Shown piece by piece: positions 48,157 through 58,560 of a stretch of 64,000 nucleotides of DNA (positions within the stretch are counted from its first letter, which is position 1; every line of letters starts with the position of its first letter). The DNA comes from an uncultured Chloroflexia bacterium. GTDB taxonomy: Bacteria; Chloroflexota; Chloroflexia; Thermomicrobiales; UBA6265. The DNA is taken from positions 160,001 through 224,000 of the forward strand of contig CAVRUC010000007.1 of the NCBI GenBank assembly GCA_963724295.1. The letters are read 5' to 3'. Below the pieces are notes generated by a model that saw nothing but the letters and a program-made list of their open reading frames with translations, was not told the DNA's origin and ran no database searches. Both the position numbers and the translations under genes were made by a program.

Positions 48157-48973
48157 ATGCCGAGTTTTCGGCTGACACTGGCCTATGACGGGACGAACTT
48201 CGCCGGTTCCCAAATTCAGCCGAACCAGCGAACCGTCCAGGGCGAGCTGGAGCGGGTTCTCGGCGTCATCGTGGCGACCCCGATTCGCGCGGTATTGGCG
48301 GGGCGAACAGATCGTGGCGTCCATGCGGTCGGCCAGATCGCGGCGATCACACTCCCGGCTTGGGGCGCGACCGCGCCGGACTTACAACAGGCGCTCAACG
48401 CGCGCCTGCCTGTCGACGTCGGTGCGACCGCGGCGGCCCTCTGCGCTGATTCGTTCAATCCCCGGTACGACGCGGCGTGGCGAGAATATCGCTACTGGAT
48501 CGCATTCAAGGTTGCTAGCCCGTTTCTCGGCCGCTACGCCTGGATGCGGCGAACGGAGCTCGATGCCGAAGCTGTCCGGGCCGGTGCGCGAAATCTCGTG
48601 GGGATCCACGACTTCGCATCATTCGCGGGAGACGGTGAGGGCGTTCCGTGGTCGCGGAGAGCGGAAACACCAAGGGGTACCACGCGCACGATCCTTCGCT
48701 GCGATTGCCAGGAAGTCCGGCCGCCGATTGGACCAGGCAGCAAAGAGCTCGCAACCGTTCTCGAGATTCGGGTGGTCGCGGACGGCTTCCTGCCGCACAT
48801 GGTGCGCAACATCGTTGGCGCGCTGCGTCCAGGTTGGGCATGGCCAGAGGAACCCGGAATGGATCAGCGAGCTCCTGGCCGGGCGGGATCGGCGGCTCGG
48901 TCCGGCAGCGGCACCGCCGCATGGACTCACGCTCGTGCGAGTTGGCTTCGCCGGGGACGTGCTAGACGACTGA
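48157..48973 (+). pseudogene. truA: tRNA pseudouridine synthase A with a +1 frameshift at about 48826
   Basis: YDGTNF, AGRTDRGVHA, FLPHMVRNIVG in one frame; VQVGHG...AAPPHGLTL continues in the next frame. Confidence 0.85.
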
Positions 48974-49006
48974 CGATGCGCCTCAGGGCGCCGAGGGAGC
49001 ATAGAT

Positions 49007-49468
49007 ATGGAACGGCGAACGTGGGTGCCGAAGATGGCTGATCTGAATACCGGTAAGCGATGGTACGTTGTCGACGCAGACGGCCAGACGTTGGGGCGAA
49101 TCGCATCCGTCATCGCAGCGACTCTTCGCGGCAAGACGAAACCGACGTACACGCCGCACGCGGACATGGGCGACTTCGTCATTGTTGTCAATGCTGAAAA
49201 GGTGGTCCTCACAGGAAAGAAGGAAACCCAGAAGCTTTATTCGCGCCACTCCGGCTATCCCGGAGGGTTGCGGCGGCGGTCGGTGAGGGAGGTTCGCGCC
49301 TCGCATCCCGAGCGCATCATCGAGAATGCGGTGCGCGGCATGCTGCCCGGGAATGTCCTTGGCCGGCGCCAGTTCAGGAAGCTCAAGGTTTACGCAGGTC
49401 CCGAACATCCACACGCGACACAACAGCCCGAGGCTTTGCTGGTCCGGGAACCCGATCAGGCCAATTGA
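49007..49468 (+). CDS. rplM: 50S ribosomal protein L13
   Basis: WYVVDA..LGRIAS, YTPH.DMGD, HSGYPGG. Confidence 0.97.
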   Translation: MERRTWVPKMADLNTGKRWYVVDADGQTLGRIASVIAATLRGKTKPTYTPHADMGDFVIVVNAEKVVLTGKKETQKLYSRHSGYPGGLRRRSVREVRASHPERIIENAVRGMLPGNVLGRRQFRKLKVYAGPEHPHATQQPEALLVREPDQAN

Positions 49469-49513
49469 TTGATGCGCAGTCGATAGCCGCACTGAAGGAG
49501 AGGTTTGACAAGA

Positions 49514-49912
49514 ATGGCTGAGGCCCCATACATCTGGGCAGTGGGTCGGAGAAAAGCAGCGGTGGCACGTGTCCGGCTCTACCCCGGATCCGGAAGAATC
49601 ACTGTCAATGGCCGTCCATCGACCGACTATTTTGGCGGGCGAGCCATCTATCAGGCTTCGCTGTTCGAGCCGCTTATTCTCACCGGCGCACGCGACCGGT
49701 TCGACGTCACTGTGCGTGTCGTTGGAGGTGGGGTGTCCGGCCAAGTTGGGGCTATCCGCCACGGCATTGCCCGAGCGCTGGTGCGCTCCGACGAGGAACT
49801 CCGCCCGACCCTGAAGCGAGCCCAGTTACTTACTCGCGATGCACGGGTCAAGGAACGGAAGAAGGTCGGCCTCAAGCGCGCTCGCAAGGCTCCTCAGTAC
49901 ACCAAGCGGTAG
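49514..49912 (+). CDS. rpsI: 30S ribosomal protein S9
   Basis: GRRKAAVARV, GGGVSGQ, ERKKVGLKRARKAPQYTKR. Confidence 0.98.
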   Translation: MAEAPYIWAVGRRKAAVARVRLYPGSGRITVNGRPSTDYFGGRAIYQASLFEPLILTGARDRFDVTVRVVGGGVSGQVGAIRHGIARALVRSDEELRPTLKRAQLLTRDARVKERKKVGLKRARKAPQYTKR

Positions 49913-49981
49913 CGACCAGCGGTTAGCAACACGGACCCGAGCGAGCCAGCCGTTCTTGCTCGCCCGGGTTCCCTGCCAGAG

Positions 49982-50812
49982 TTAAATCCCGCGTGAAGAC
50001 GGACTGCCCTCGTAGCGACTGATCCCCTCCCGCAGCGCTCGGGCGTGAACAGCGGCCCGCTCGGCGATGTAGTCCACCGCACGGCGAGCGCCGTACGACG
50101 CAACTCGTGGCGTGATGGGAAATGGCACCGATCGCGCGGGTGCGACGGCCACCTCGAGGCCGTGGTCGCCATCGATCGCGGCATGCAGAGCGCGGCACGC
50201 GACCCGGTCGCGCCCGACCGCGGCCCGGGACGGTGCTGAGGTGGTAATGCGGAGTAGGCTCAATCGTTCACCCAGCCGCGCAATTGCCGCCTCGGCTTCC
50301 CAGGTGGGGTCGAACTGACCCGACAAGTCTACGGCTATTGAGAGATCCCATTCTTCGGCAAACCGCCTGATTCCGCCGAGTTGCACCAGATGGGAGCGCC
50401 CGCCTTTGAGCGTGGCCGATGGAATCCCGAGTACGACTTGCCTGGACTGATTCGACCAGTCCCCGATATGCAGTTGTCTCATGAGCTCATGAAGTGTGGC
50501 GCCGGTGGGAAGAGTCCCGACGACGCGCGGAGGCGCGTCTGGCTGAAGCGCCCCAATCCTCTCGATGAGACGGCGGCTACGCAGTGACCGGAGTTCGCTT
50601 GCTGGTAGCCAGATGGTTCTGACTGGGACGTAGGCATTGTCTGCCGCCCCCAGCCGCGCCGCCAGCCATGCGCCAAAAGCGGACGCCGCATCGACGTCCA
50701 GGCTGTCGATACCCGCCAGAGTGGCTACCCGTTGCACCATCCACCCGGGTAGCATCGCTCTCCGAGTGGAGTAGCTGACTGCTATGGGGGATGAAGGCAC
50801 CTGGAGCGACAT
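49982..50812 (-). CDS. Hypothetical protein, possibly a degenerate xylose-isomerase-like TIM barrel
   Basis: Long ORF filling the gap; segment IAVDLSG..EAAIARLGERLSLLRI. Confidence 0.6.
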   Translation of the reverse strand: MSLQVPSSPIAVSYSTRRAMLPGWMVQRVATLAGIDSLDVDAASAFGAWLAARLGAADNAYVPVRTIWLPASELRSLRSRRLIERIGALQPDAPPRVVGTLPTGATLHELMRQLHIGDWSNQSRQVVLGIPSATLKGGRSHLVQLGGIRRFAEEWDLSIAVDLSGQFDPTWEAEAAIARLGERLSLLRITTSAPSRAAVGRDRVACRALHAAIDGDHGLEVAVAPARSVPFPITPRVASYGARRAVDYIAERAAVHARALREGISRYEGSPSSRGI

Positions 50813-50912
50813 GCTGGAGCTCTCTGGAGTGTGCGTCGGTGATGGCGCTCGACGCCGACCTGGGTGACAGGGACCTGAGTCTAGCACCGCGTGTCTGCTG
50901 GCTCAAACGTCG

Positions 50913-51689
50913 CTATCGCTGCCAGCTCACGCTCAGGCCAGGTGTGGCCAGCTCGACCGGTCTACCAAACATCTGCGACGCTTCCCGGACCGCTTTGAAG
51001 GGATCGTCTTCCGCCCAGAGATGGGAAAGCACAAGCACATTCGCACCGGCCTGCCGGGCAAGCGTCCCCGCTTCGCCCGGACTCATGTGTCCCCGAGACG
51101 CGTATGGCTCGTGCGAGCCGCCGGAATCAGTTCCTTCAGCCACGACGATATGCGAGCCCGTCGCCACGGCCGCCAGGTTTGCCGCCGGGCCTGTGTCCGC
51201 AGTGTAGAAGAGGTCGCCGTCGATACCGTTGGAAATGCGCGCTGCCCAGCAGGGCACATAGTGCACAGTCGGAAAAAAGCGGAACTCCAACTCGCCGATT
51301 GTCAGCAATGCATCAGGATCGTATTGACGAATCTCGAATACCGACAAGAACTCGCTGCTTTCGGAATTTTCCGTGATCGCTTCGGCAAGCCGATCGAGAA
51401 GAGCGACGCCCCCAGGTGGCAACCAAAGCGGTAGCTGCCGGCCAGCCGGGACTGGGTTGTACGCCAGGGCGTAGCGAAGTGTAAGCAGGTCAAGAACATG
51501 GTCGAGGTGGCCGTGCGAAATCACCACCCCATCTATCGCTCGGTAGTCGACGTGGCGCCGTAGCTCCGGAAACGTACCGGGGCCAAGGTCGACCACGACG
51601 TTGGTCGCCCCGCTCTCCACGAAGTAGCCGCTGCACCCCTGTCCTGGGTTCGGGCCGGCGGCACTGCCTCCCAGTACCGTGAGTTTCAT
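50913..51689 (-). CDS. MBL-fold metallo-hydrolase (RNase Z / cyclic-nucleotide phosphodiesterase-like)
   Basis: SHGHLDH, YTADTG, GHMSP, LSHLW. Confidence 0.9.
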   Translation of the reverse strand: MKLTVLGGSAAGPNPGQGCSGYFVESGATNVVVDLGPGTFPELRRHVDYRAIDGVVISHGHLDHVLDLLTLRYALAYNPVPAGRQLPLWLPPGGVALLDRLAEAITENSESSEFLSVFEIRQYDPDALLTIGELEFRFFPTVHYVPCWAARISNGIDGDLFYTADTGPAANLAAVATGSHIVVAEGTDSGGSHEPYASRGHMSPGEAGTLARQAGANVLVLSHLWAEDDPFKAVREASQMFGRPVELATPGLSVSWQR

Positions 51690-51768
51690 CTGTTTCCGTT
51701 CCTCTTGTTCCCCCCACTGTACGCGCTGGCTGGTCGCATTGTGACAGAGGCAGAGCGACTCGAGATTT

Positions 51769-51798
51769 TTGACGATGTATTCTCGAGACACCTATACT
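51769..51798 (+). promoter_or_regulatory. pyr operon promoter
   Basis: TTGACG-18 bp-TATACT. Confidence 0.65.
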
Positions 51799-51826
51799 CT
51801 CCTCGACGCCCGCAACGAGGGAATTC

Positions 51827-51916
51827 GTGACGCAATCCATGACAAGATGCTCGGCGCCGCCGCCGTCTCCCGGACCCAACTGGACCGCGAGGCGGTTTTT
51901 TTCTGTCCGCCCATGA
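51827..51916 (+). CDS. Candidate 29-aa pyr leader peptide
   Basis: GAGG RBS 6 nt before GTG; spans a hairpin and T7 run; stop overlaps the pyrC ATG (ATGA). Confidence 0.35.
   Translation: MTQSMTRCSAPPPSPGPNWTARRFFSVRP
51859..51902 (+). terminator. Attenuator-like terminator before pyrC
   Basis: GCCGCC...GGCGGT pairing (or ACCGC-GAG-GCGGT) ending in a TTTTTTT run. Confidence 0.6.
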
Positions 51917-53250
51917 CCGCGAGCAGTAAGTTGCTTCTTCGCGGGGGCCGGGTCGTTGACCCAACCATAGCGCTGGATCGCGTCGCGGATGTTCGCGTTC
52001 ACGACGGGATCATTGCGGCAGTCGGCACCCTTGATCCCGTCCCTACGGAGCGGATCATTGACGTAGCCGGGCTGGTTGTGGCGCCTGGCTTGATCGATGT
52101 TCATGTCCATTTGCGCGAACCTGGTCAGGAATGGAAGGAAACGATTGGATCAGGGACTGCCGCGGCGGCGGCCGGTGGGTTCACGAGAGTGTTCTGCATG
52201 CCGAATACCGATCCGGCGCTCGACTCCGTCGTTGCGCTCGAAGAACTGGCGCGCCGTACCAGGCGCGATGCACTGGTTCGAGTACACCCGATTGCCGCGA
52301 TAAGTGAAGAGCGCCGCGGCGATCGCCCTGTTGATTTTGAGGCGTTGGTCGCGGCTGGTGCGGTTGGATTTTCGGACGATGGCGAGACGACGCGGCATTC
52401 AGGGATCATGCGGGAGGCACTAGAGGCAACCCGTACCCTCGGGGTGCCGGTAATGGTGCATTGTGAAGATCCGAACCTGACCGGCGGCGCGATGCACGAG
52501 GGAGAAATATCGCGCAGACTTGGACTGCGAGCTATTTCCGCGGCGGCCGAAGAGATCATCATTGCGCGCGATGTTGCTCTCGCCGCGCTCACCGGCGGAT
52601 GGCTTCATATCTGTCACGTGTCGACTGGTTTCGGAGTTGACTTGATCAGCGCCGCAAAGCTGAATGGGGCTCGAGTGACGGCTGAAGCCATGCCGCATCA
52701 CCTAATGATGACCGACGACTGGGTTGCGGGCTGCCGGCAGTTCGTCAACTTCGCAGAGTCACCAGGTCGCTCATTCCCGGTTGCCGAGCCGGACACGAAG
52801 GTCAATCCTCCGCTACGAACACGAGACGACGCGAACCGGTTGTTGGCGGGGCTGAAGCAGGGAACCCTCGACATTGTGGCCACAGACCATGCTCCACACG
52901 GGCGGCCGGAAAAGCAGGGGCGTTCGTTCTCAACCGCCGCATTCGGCCTCTCCGGGAGCGAGCTCGCGTTACCGCTCATGCTTGCGCTCGTTCGCGCAGA
53001 TCACCTGACACTCAGCGACGTGATCAACCACCTGAGCGCGGTCCCAGCGCGCCTGTGGGGGCTGGACGGTGGGTCGCTGAATCCGGGTGCACCCGCCGAC
53101 ATTGTGGTCTTTGACCCAGATGAAACCTGGTGCGTCGAACCCGAGCGGCTCGCGTCGCGTGGCGCGAATACTCCGCTGCTCGGCATGGAAGTGCGAGGTC
53201 GCGTGAAAACGACACTGGTTGGTGGAGACGAGCGGCACCGTGGCTGGTAA
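51913..53250 (+). CDS. pyrC: Dihydroorotase
   Basis: DVHVHLREPG, MPNT, HCED, KVNPPLR, ATDHAPH. Confidence 0.95.
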   Translation: MTASSKLLLRGGRVVDPTIALDRVADVRVHDGIIAAVGTLDPVPTERIIDVAGLVVAPGLIDVHVHLREPGQEWKETIGSGTAAAAAGGFTRVFCMPNTDPALDSVVALEELARRTRRDALVRVHPIAAISEERRGDRPVDFEALVAAGAVGFSDDGETTRHSGIMREALEATRTLGVPVMVHCEDPNLTGGAMHEGEISRRLGLRAISAAAEEIIIARDVALAALTGGWLHICHVSTGFGVDLISAAKLNGARVTAEAMPHHLMMTDDWVAGCRQFVNFAESPGRSFPVAEPDTKVNPPLRTRDDANRLLAGLKQGTLDIVATDHAPHGRPEKQGRSFSTAAFGLSGSELALPLMLALVRADHLTLSDVINHLSAVPARLWGLDGGSLNPGAPADIVVFDPDETWCVEPERLASRGANTPLLGMEVRGRVKTTLVGGDERHRGW

Positions 53251-54412
53251 GCCGCCATTGGCGATGGCGGTTCCATCAGCCGGACTGCGGGCGAGGTACG
53301 TGCCACCCGCCGATGCCGCGTTGGCACTGGCAGATGGGCGGGTGTTTCGTGGCCGAGGCTTTGGTGCGGGAGTCGACGCGCAGGGCGAAGTGGTCTTCAC
53401 GACCACTATGGTCGGCTATCAAGAGGTCACGACGGATCCGTCATTCCGCGGCCAGATCGTGTGCATGACATATCCCCTGATTGGCAACTACGGGATCCAT
53501 CCCGAGGCGAACGAATCTCGCCAACCGTGGATTGCGGGACTCATCGTCCGCGAGCACTCCGACAGGCCCAGCCACATCGGTTCAACCGGAACGATTCATG
53601 AGTTCTTGGAGCGCCATGGAATTCCGGCGATCTCCGGTATCGACACCCGCTCCTTGACCCTGCACATTCGGGAAGTAGGGGACACCCGGGGAATCATCGT
53701 CCAGAATGCGTCCGAGACCCCCGACGACGATCTCATCGCACGTGCCAGGCATTCCCCGCTGCCGGGCGAGTACGACGTCGTTGGCGAGGTCACCTCGCCG
53801 ATTCCCGAGACCATCGACGGTCCCGGCCCGCACATCGTAGTGCTCGATTGCGGCGTGAAGCGCAACATCGTTCGATCACTGGTCAATCGGGGAGCCCGAT
53901 TGACGATCGTGCCGTTTGGCACGTCTCTCGAGGAGATCCTAGGGCTTCGCCCGGACGGGGTGGTGGTATCACCCGGCCCTGGTGACCCAGCCAACCTCGA
54001 TGCCGGGCTGTCTGTTGTCGCTGGTGTCGTGCAGCAGCAGATTCCCTACTTCGGCATTTGCTTGGGTCACCAGTTATTGGCGCGGTCGATCGGCGCCGAG
54101 ACCAGGAAATTGAAGTTCGGCCATCGAGGTGGGAACCACTCCGTGCGAGACGTGAGAACGGGGCAGGTGACGATTACCTCCCAGAACCACGGATTCGAGG
54201 TTGATCCAGCAAGCGTACCCACCGGCTCCGGGTGGGAAGTGCGTCTCGTCAACCTCAACGACGGCTCGATAGAGGGACTCGCTCACGGAGAGCTGCCGGT
54301 GCTGACTGTTCAATTCCATCCCGAGTCATCGCCAGGACCGCTGGACAATGACCATCTCTTCGACACCTTCCTCGACCTCGTGCGACTCGGCGTCGGGCAA
54401 CCGATCGCATGA
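53240..54412 (+). CDS. carA: Carbamoyl-phosphate synthase small subunit
   Basis: GEVVF.T.MVGYQE..TDPS, GICLGHQ, QFHPE. Confidence 0.97.
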   Translation: MAGKPPLAMAVPSAGLRARYVPPADAALALADGRVFRGRGFGAGVDAQGEVVFTTTMVGYQEVTTDPSFRGQIVCMTYPLIGNYGIHPEANESRQPWIAGLIVREHSDRPSHIGSTGTIHEFLERHGIPAISGIDTRSLTLHIREVGDTRGIIVQNASETPDDDLIARARHSPLPGEYDVVGEVTSPIPETIDGPGPHIVVLDCGVKRNIVRSLVNRGARLTIVPFGTSLEEILGLRPDGVVVSPGPGDPANLDAGLSVVAGVVQQQIPYFGICLGHQLLARSIGAETRKLKFGHRGGNHSVRDVRTGQVTITSQNHGFEVDPASVPTGSGWEVRLVNLNDGSIEGLAHGELPVLTVQFHPESSPGPLDNDHLFDTFLDLVRLGVGQPIA

Positions 54413-57400
54413 CGGCAATGGCCACGTCTACGATCGGGAGTGTTCTCGTTCTCGGTTCGGGGCCCATCGTCATCGGGCAGGCCGCGGAATTCGACTACGC
54501 GGGCACCCAGGCATGCCGCGCCCTGCGCGAAGAGGGCGTGCGCACGATTCTCGTCAATTCGAATCCAGCGACGATCATGACGGATGAGGGCGTCGCCGAT
54601 GCGATCTACATTGAGCCGCTGACGCCTGAGGTCGTGAAGCGAGTCATCCAACGCGAACGGCCCGATGGACTCCTCCCGACGCTCGGTGGCCAGACCGGCC
54701 TCAACCTGGCGGTCGAGGTTGCCGAGCGGGGGACACTCGACCGCTATGGTGTCCGCTTGCTTGGTACGCCGCTGTCCGCCATCAAGCAGGCAGAAGATCG
54801 CGCGTTGTTTCGAGATCTCCTCAATCGCATCGGGGAGCCCGTTGTGGATAGCGCGATCATTACGTCCCTCGACCAGGCATTCGAGTTCGCATCGAACGTG
54901 CCGCTCCCGCTAGTGATTCGACCGGCGTACACCCTGGGCGGCACAGGCGGTGGTGTAGCAACGACCACGGCCGAACTCGAACGCATCGTCAGCGGCGGCT
55001 TGAACGCGAGTCCGATCCACCAGGTGCTTCTGGAGCGTTCGCTCGCGGGCTGGAAAGAGATTGAATATGAAGTGATGCGGGACGGCGCCGGGACCTGCAT
55101 CACCATCTGCAACATGGAGAACTTTGACCCGATGGGGGTCCACACTGGTGATAGCATCGTTGTCGCTCCATCGCAGACCCTCACCGACGACGATTACCAG
55201 ATGCTCCGCTCGTCGGCTCTGCGGATCATCGACGCGCTCGGTATCGAGGGCGGGTGCAACGTTCAGTTCGCCCTGGACCCGGAATCGGCGGATTATGCGG
55301 TGATCGAGGTGAATCCTCGGGTCAGCAGGTCATCCGCGCTCGCGTCAAAGGCGACCGGGTACCCAATCGCCCGGATGGCCGCCAAGATAGCCATTGGCAG
55401 GCGGCTGCACGAGTTGACGAACCCGGTAACACGCCGGACCACGGCGGCGTTTGAACCGGCGCTCGACTATGTCGTGGTCAAGATCCCTCGATGGCCCTTT
55501 GATAAGTTCAGCCGGGCGGACCGCACTATCGGTACGCAGATGAAGGCTACCGGCGAAGTGATGGCCATCGACCGCTCATTCCAAGGAGCCCTGCACAAGG
55601 CGATGCGGTCGCTCGAATCTGGGGCTCCCGATGTAGTTTGGGAAGATCCTACGTGGACTGATGAGACCATTCTCGAATTAGTGAAGCGACCAAATGACAT
55701 TCGGCTGTGGGCTCTCACGGCAGCACTACGGCGAGGCCACGCCGTCGACGAGTTGCACCAGCTGAGTCGCATCGATCGCTGGTTCCTGCACAACCTGCAG
55801 GACATGATTCTGATTGAACGACGTCTCGAGCGAGAGCAGCTCGAGCCCGAGTTGCTGTGGACGGCGAAGCGCGCGGGCTTCAGCGACCAGACGATTGCGC
55901 GACTATCCCGCCGCGCCGAGTCTGAAGTGCGATGCCTGCGTGAGAGCGTCGGCATGTTTCCGGTCTACAAGATGGTTGACACGTGTGCCGGCGAGTTCGC
56001 CGCGGTGACGCCGTACTTCTATTCGACGTACGAGTCCGAGGACGAGGCCGTTCCGATTGGGCGGACGCGATCAGTCGTTGTCGGCTCAGGACCGATCCGC
56101 ATCGGCCAGGGAATCGAGTTCGACTACTCGGCCGTGCAGGCCGCCCAGGCGCTCCATGAGAACGGCATCGCATCGATCATGGTCAACTCAAATCCTGAGA
56201 CGGTCTCAACTGATTTTGACGCTTCGGACCGGCTCTACTTCGAACCGTTGGATACCGAGAGTGTCGCAGAGGTTCTCCGCCACGAGTCGGAAACCGATGA
56301 AATATCGCCTGAGGTTCCGGCAATCCTGCAGTTTGGCGGCCAGACGGCGATCAATCTGGCCGGGCCGCTTGCGAACCGCGGGGTGCCGATTCTCGGCAGC
56401 CAGCTCGACTCAATCGACCTGGCTGAGGACCGGCATCGCTTTGAGGGCTTTTTGCGGGAGCTTGCGATCCCGCAACCTCCTGGCGCCGCGGTCACGACCC
56501 TTAGCGACGCGCGCTCAGTAGCGGGCCGAATCGGCTACCCGGTGCTTGTCCGCCCTTCATACGTGCTGGGCGGCCGGGCCATGGAGGTGGTCTATGGTCA
56601 GGAGCAACTCGGGCGCTATATCCGCAACGCGGCCCAGCTCACCCCGGATCATCCGGTGCTTATCGATAAATATCTTATGGGGCGAGAAGTCGAGGTCGAT
56701 GCGATCTGCGATGGCGAACACGTTCTCATACCCGGCATCATGGAGCATATCGAGCGGGCTGGCGTTCACTCCGGAGATTCGTTCGCCGTCTATCCCGCAC
56801 TCAGCCTGTTTCCGGCGGAAGTCGACACAATCGTCGACTACACGACCCGGATTGCCCTAGGCCTGAAGGCCAGCGGGCTCATCAATATCCAGTTTGTCAT
56901 TCACGCCGGGCGCATCTACGTTCTGGAGGTCAATCCTCGTGCCTCCAGGACTGTGCCGTTCCTCAGCAAGGCGACAGGCGTGCCGATGGTTCGGCTGGCG
57001 ACGGGAGTCATGCTTGGTCGCTCGCTCGCGGAGCAGGGCTTCAGCGGTGGCCTCTGGCCGAGACAACCGCTGGTGGCGGTGAAAGCGCCTGTGTTCTCCA
57101 TGGCGAAGCTGCGTGGGGTGGACACGCATCTGGGACCGGAGATGAAGTCGACCGGCGAAGTCATGGGCATCGATCGAGCGTTTGAGCCCGCGTTTTACAA
57201 GGCGTTGCTTGCGGCGGGACTCGCGTTACCCGCGCAAGGTTCGGTGTTGATCACGCTTGCCGATGAGGACAAATCCGACGGTGTGGAGATGATCCGGCAG
57301 CTCGTGCGCATGGGGCATAAGCTCTACGCCACAGAAGGCACCGCCGCGCTGATCGAGCGCCACGGAATGCCGGTCCAAATGGTGACCAAGCGTATTGGCC

Positions 57401-57648
57401 GCGGACATCCCGACATGCTCGACGTTATCCTGGATCGAACGGTTGATTGCGTGATCAATACACCAGGACCGGCCGACAAAGAGATTCTCGATGGCATCGA
57501 AATCCGCCGCGCGGCCGTCGAGCGAGGCGTTCCCTGCATCACCTCGATCGACACGGCACGAACGATCGTCGACGCCATGGCGAACTCGGATGCCGTCTAT
57601 ACAGTCCAACCATTTCCGGAGTACCGTAGAAGCGGAACTGGCTACTGA
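54409..57648 (+). CDS. carB: Carbamoyl-phosphate synthase large subunit
   Basis: GSGPIVIGQAAEFDY, EVNPRVSRSSALASKATG, duplicated ATP-grasp halves. Confidence 0.98.
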   Translation: MTAMATSTIGSVLVLGSGPIVIGQAAEFDYAGTQACRALREEGVRTILVNSNPATIMTDEGVADAIYIEPLTPEVVKRVIQRERPDGLLPTLGGQTGLNLAVEVAERGTLDRYGVRLLGTPLSAIKQAEDRALFRDLLNRIGEPVVDSAIITSLDQAFEFASNVPLPLVIRPAYTLGGTGGGVATTTAELERIVSGGLNASPIHQVLLERSLAGWKEIEYEVMRDGAGTCITICNMENFDPMGVHTGDSIVVAPSQTLTDDDYQMLRSSALRIIDALGIEGGCNVQFALDPESADYAVIEVNPRVSRSSALASKATGYPIARMAAKIAIGRRLHELTNPVTRRTTAAFEPALDYVVVKIPRWPFDKFSRADRTIGTQMKATGEVMAIDRSFQGALHKAMRSLESGAPDVVWEDPTWTDETILELVKRPNDIRLWALTAALRRGHAVDELHQLSRIDRWFLHNLQDMILIERRLEREQLEPELLWTAKRAGFSDQTIARLSRRAESEVRCLRESVGMFPVYKMVDTCAGEFAAVTPYFYSTYESEDEAVPIGRTRSVVVGSGPIRIGQGIEFDYSAVQAAQALHENGIASIMVNSNPETVSTDFDASDRLYFEPLDTESVAEVLRHESETDEISPEVPAILQFGGQTAINLAGPLANRGVPILGSQLDSIDLAEDRHRFEGFLRELAIPQPPGAAVTTLSDARSVAGRIGYPVLVRPSYVLGGRAMEVVYGQEQLGRYIRNAAQLTPDHPVLIDKYLMGREVEVDAICDGEHVLIPGIMEHIERAGVHSGDSFAVYPALSLFPAEVDTIVDYTTRIALGLKASGLINIQFVIHAGRIYVLEVNPRASRTVPFLSKATGVPMVRLATGVMLGRSLAEQGFSGGLWPRQPLVAVKAPVFSMAKLRGVDTHLGPEMKSTGEVMGIDRAFEPAFYKALLAAGLALPAQGSVLITLADEDKSDGVEMIRQLVRMGHKLYATEGTAALIERHGMPVQMVTKRIGRGHPDMLDVILDRTVDCVINTPGPADKEILDGIEIRRAAVERGVPCITSIDTARTIVDAMANSDAVYTVQPFPEYRRSGTGY

Positions 57649-58523
57649 TGCCAATTCTCCGCGTGCGCGCGGCAGGACGAACGAGGAAAAAGGACGAACG
57701 ATTGCCGCCGGTTACCGCCGCTGTGGAAAAAACCGGGGCATCGCGCGAGTTCGAGAGCCAGGTGCTTTCGGTCGAGCCGATCATGGGCGACGCCGTGCTT
57801 CTTACGGTGAGCGCCCCGCCGGCGGTTCTCTCCCATTTGCAGCCGGGGCAGTTCTTCAACATCGTGACGAGATTTCCTGGATCATTTGATCCGCTTTTGC
57901 GCCGACCCTACTCGGTGTATCGCGCTCATCATGACACCTCGGCGCTGACATTCCTCGTCAGGCCATTTGGCCGCGGCAGCGCCTGGCTTGCCGAGCGTCT
58001 GCCCGGAGAGCGAGTCGGCATGCTCGGCCCGCTCGGCAATTCGTTTGCGATTCCAGACCGGGCCCAGCGATTGCTGATGATCGGAGGTGGAGTGGGCGTC
58101 GCTCCGCTGGTCATGCTATCGGACGTAGCGGCCCTCGAGAAGCTCGACGTGGTGTTCGTCATGGGTGCCGCGAATGAGTCCGGGTTACTCGCCTCGTTGG
58201 AGCTACCCGATCGAGTGGAGTATGTCGTAGCAACCGACGATGGGAGCCGAGGTCACCGTGGCCTCGCGACCGAGGTGGTCGGGGACTTCGTTCAATGGGC
58301 GGACCAGATCTATGCCTGCGGTCCCGAACCAATGTACCGGACACTGCGAGCCGTAGTCGATCCGCTGCGCACAAATCGCAGACCGAACGTTCAGATCTCC
58401 GTGGAGCGCGGCATGGCCTGCGGCCTGGGAGCTTGCCTCGGCTGTGTCGTGGAAACAACCCACGGGATGATCGCCTCGTGTGTCAAAGGACCGGTATTCG
58501 ATCTTGATGAGGTCATCCTTTGA
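57648..58523 (+). CDS. pyrK: Dihydroorotate dehydrogenase electron transfer subunit
   Basis: LRRPYS, GGGVGVAP, MACGLGACLGC..C; start uncertain. Confidence 0.92.
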   Translation: MPILRVRAAGRTRKKDERLPPVTAAVEKTGASREFESQVLSVEPIMGDAVLLTVSAPPAVLSHLQPGQFFNIVTRFPGSFDPLLRRPYSVYRAHHDTSALTFLVRPFGRGSAWLAERLPGERVGMLGPLGNSFAIPDRAQRLLMIGGGVGVAPLVMLSDVAALEKLDVVFVMGAANESGLLASLELPDRVEYVVATDDGSRGHRGLATEVVGDFVQWADQIYACGPEPMYRTLRAVVDPLRTNRRPNVQISVERGMACGLGACLGCVVETTHGMIASCVKGPVFDLDEVIL

Positions 58524-58560
58524 CCGCCACTCGCGGCATGACTTGCTTAAGATGTGACCC

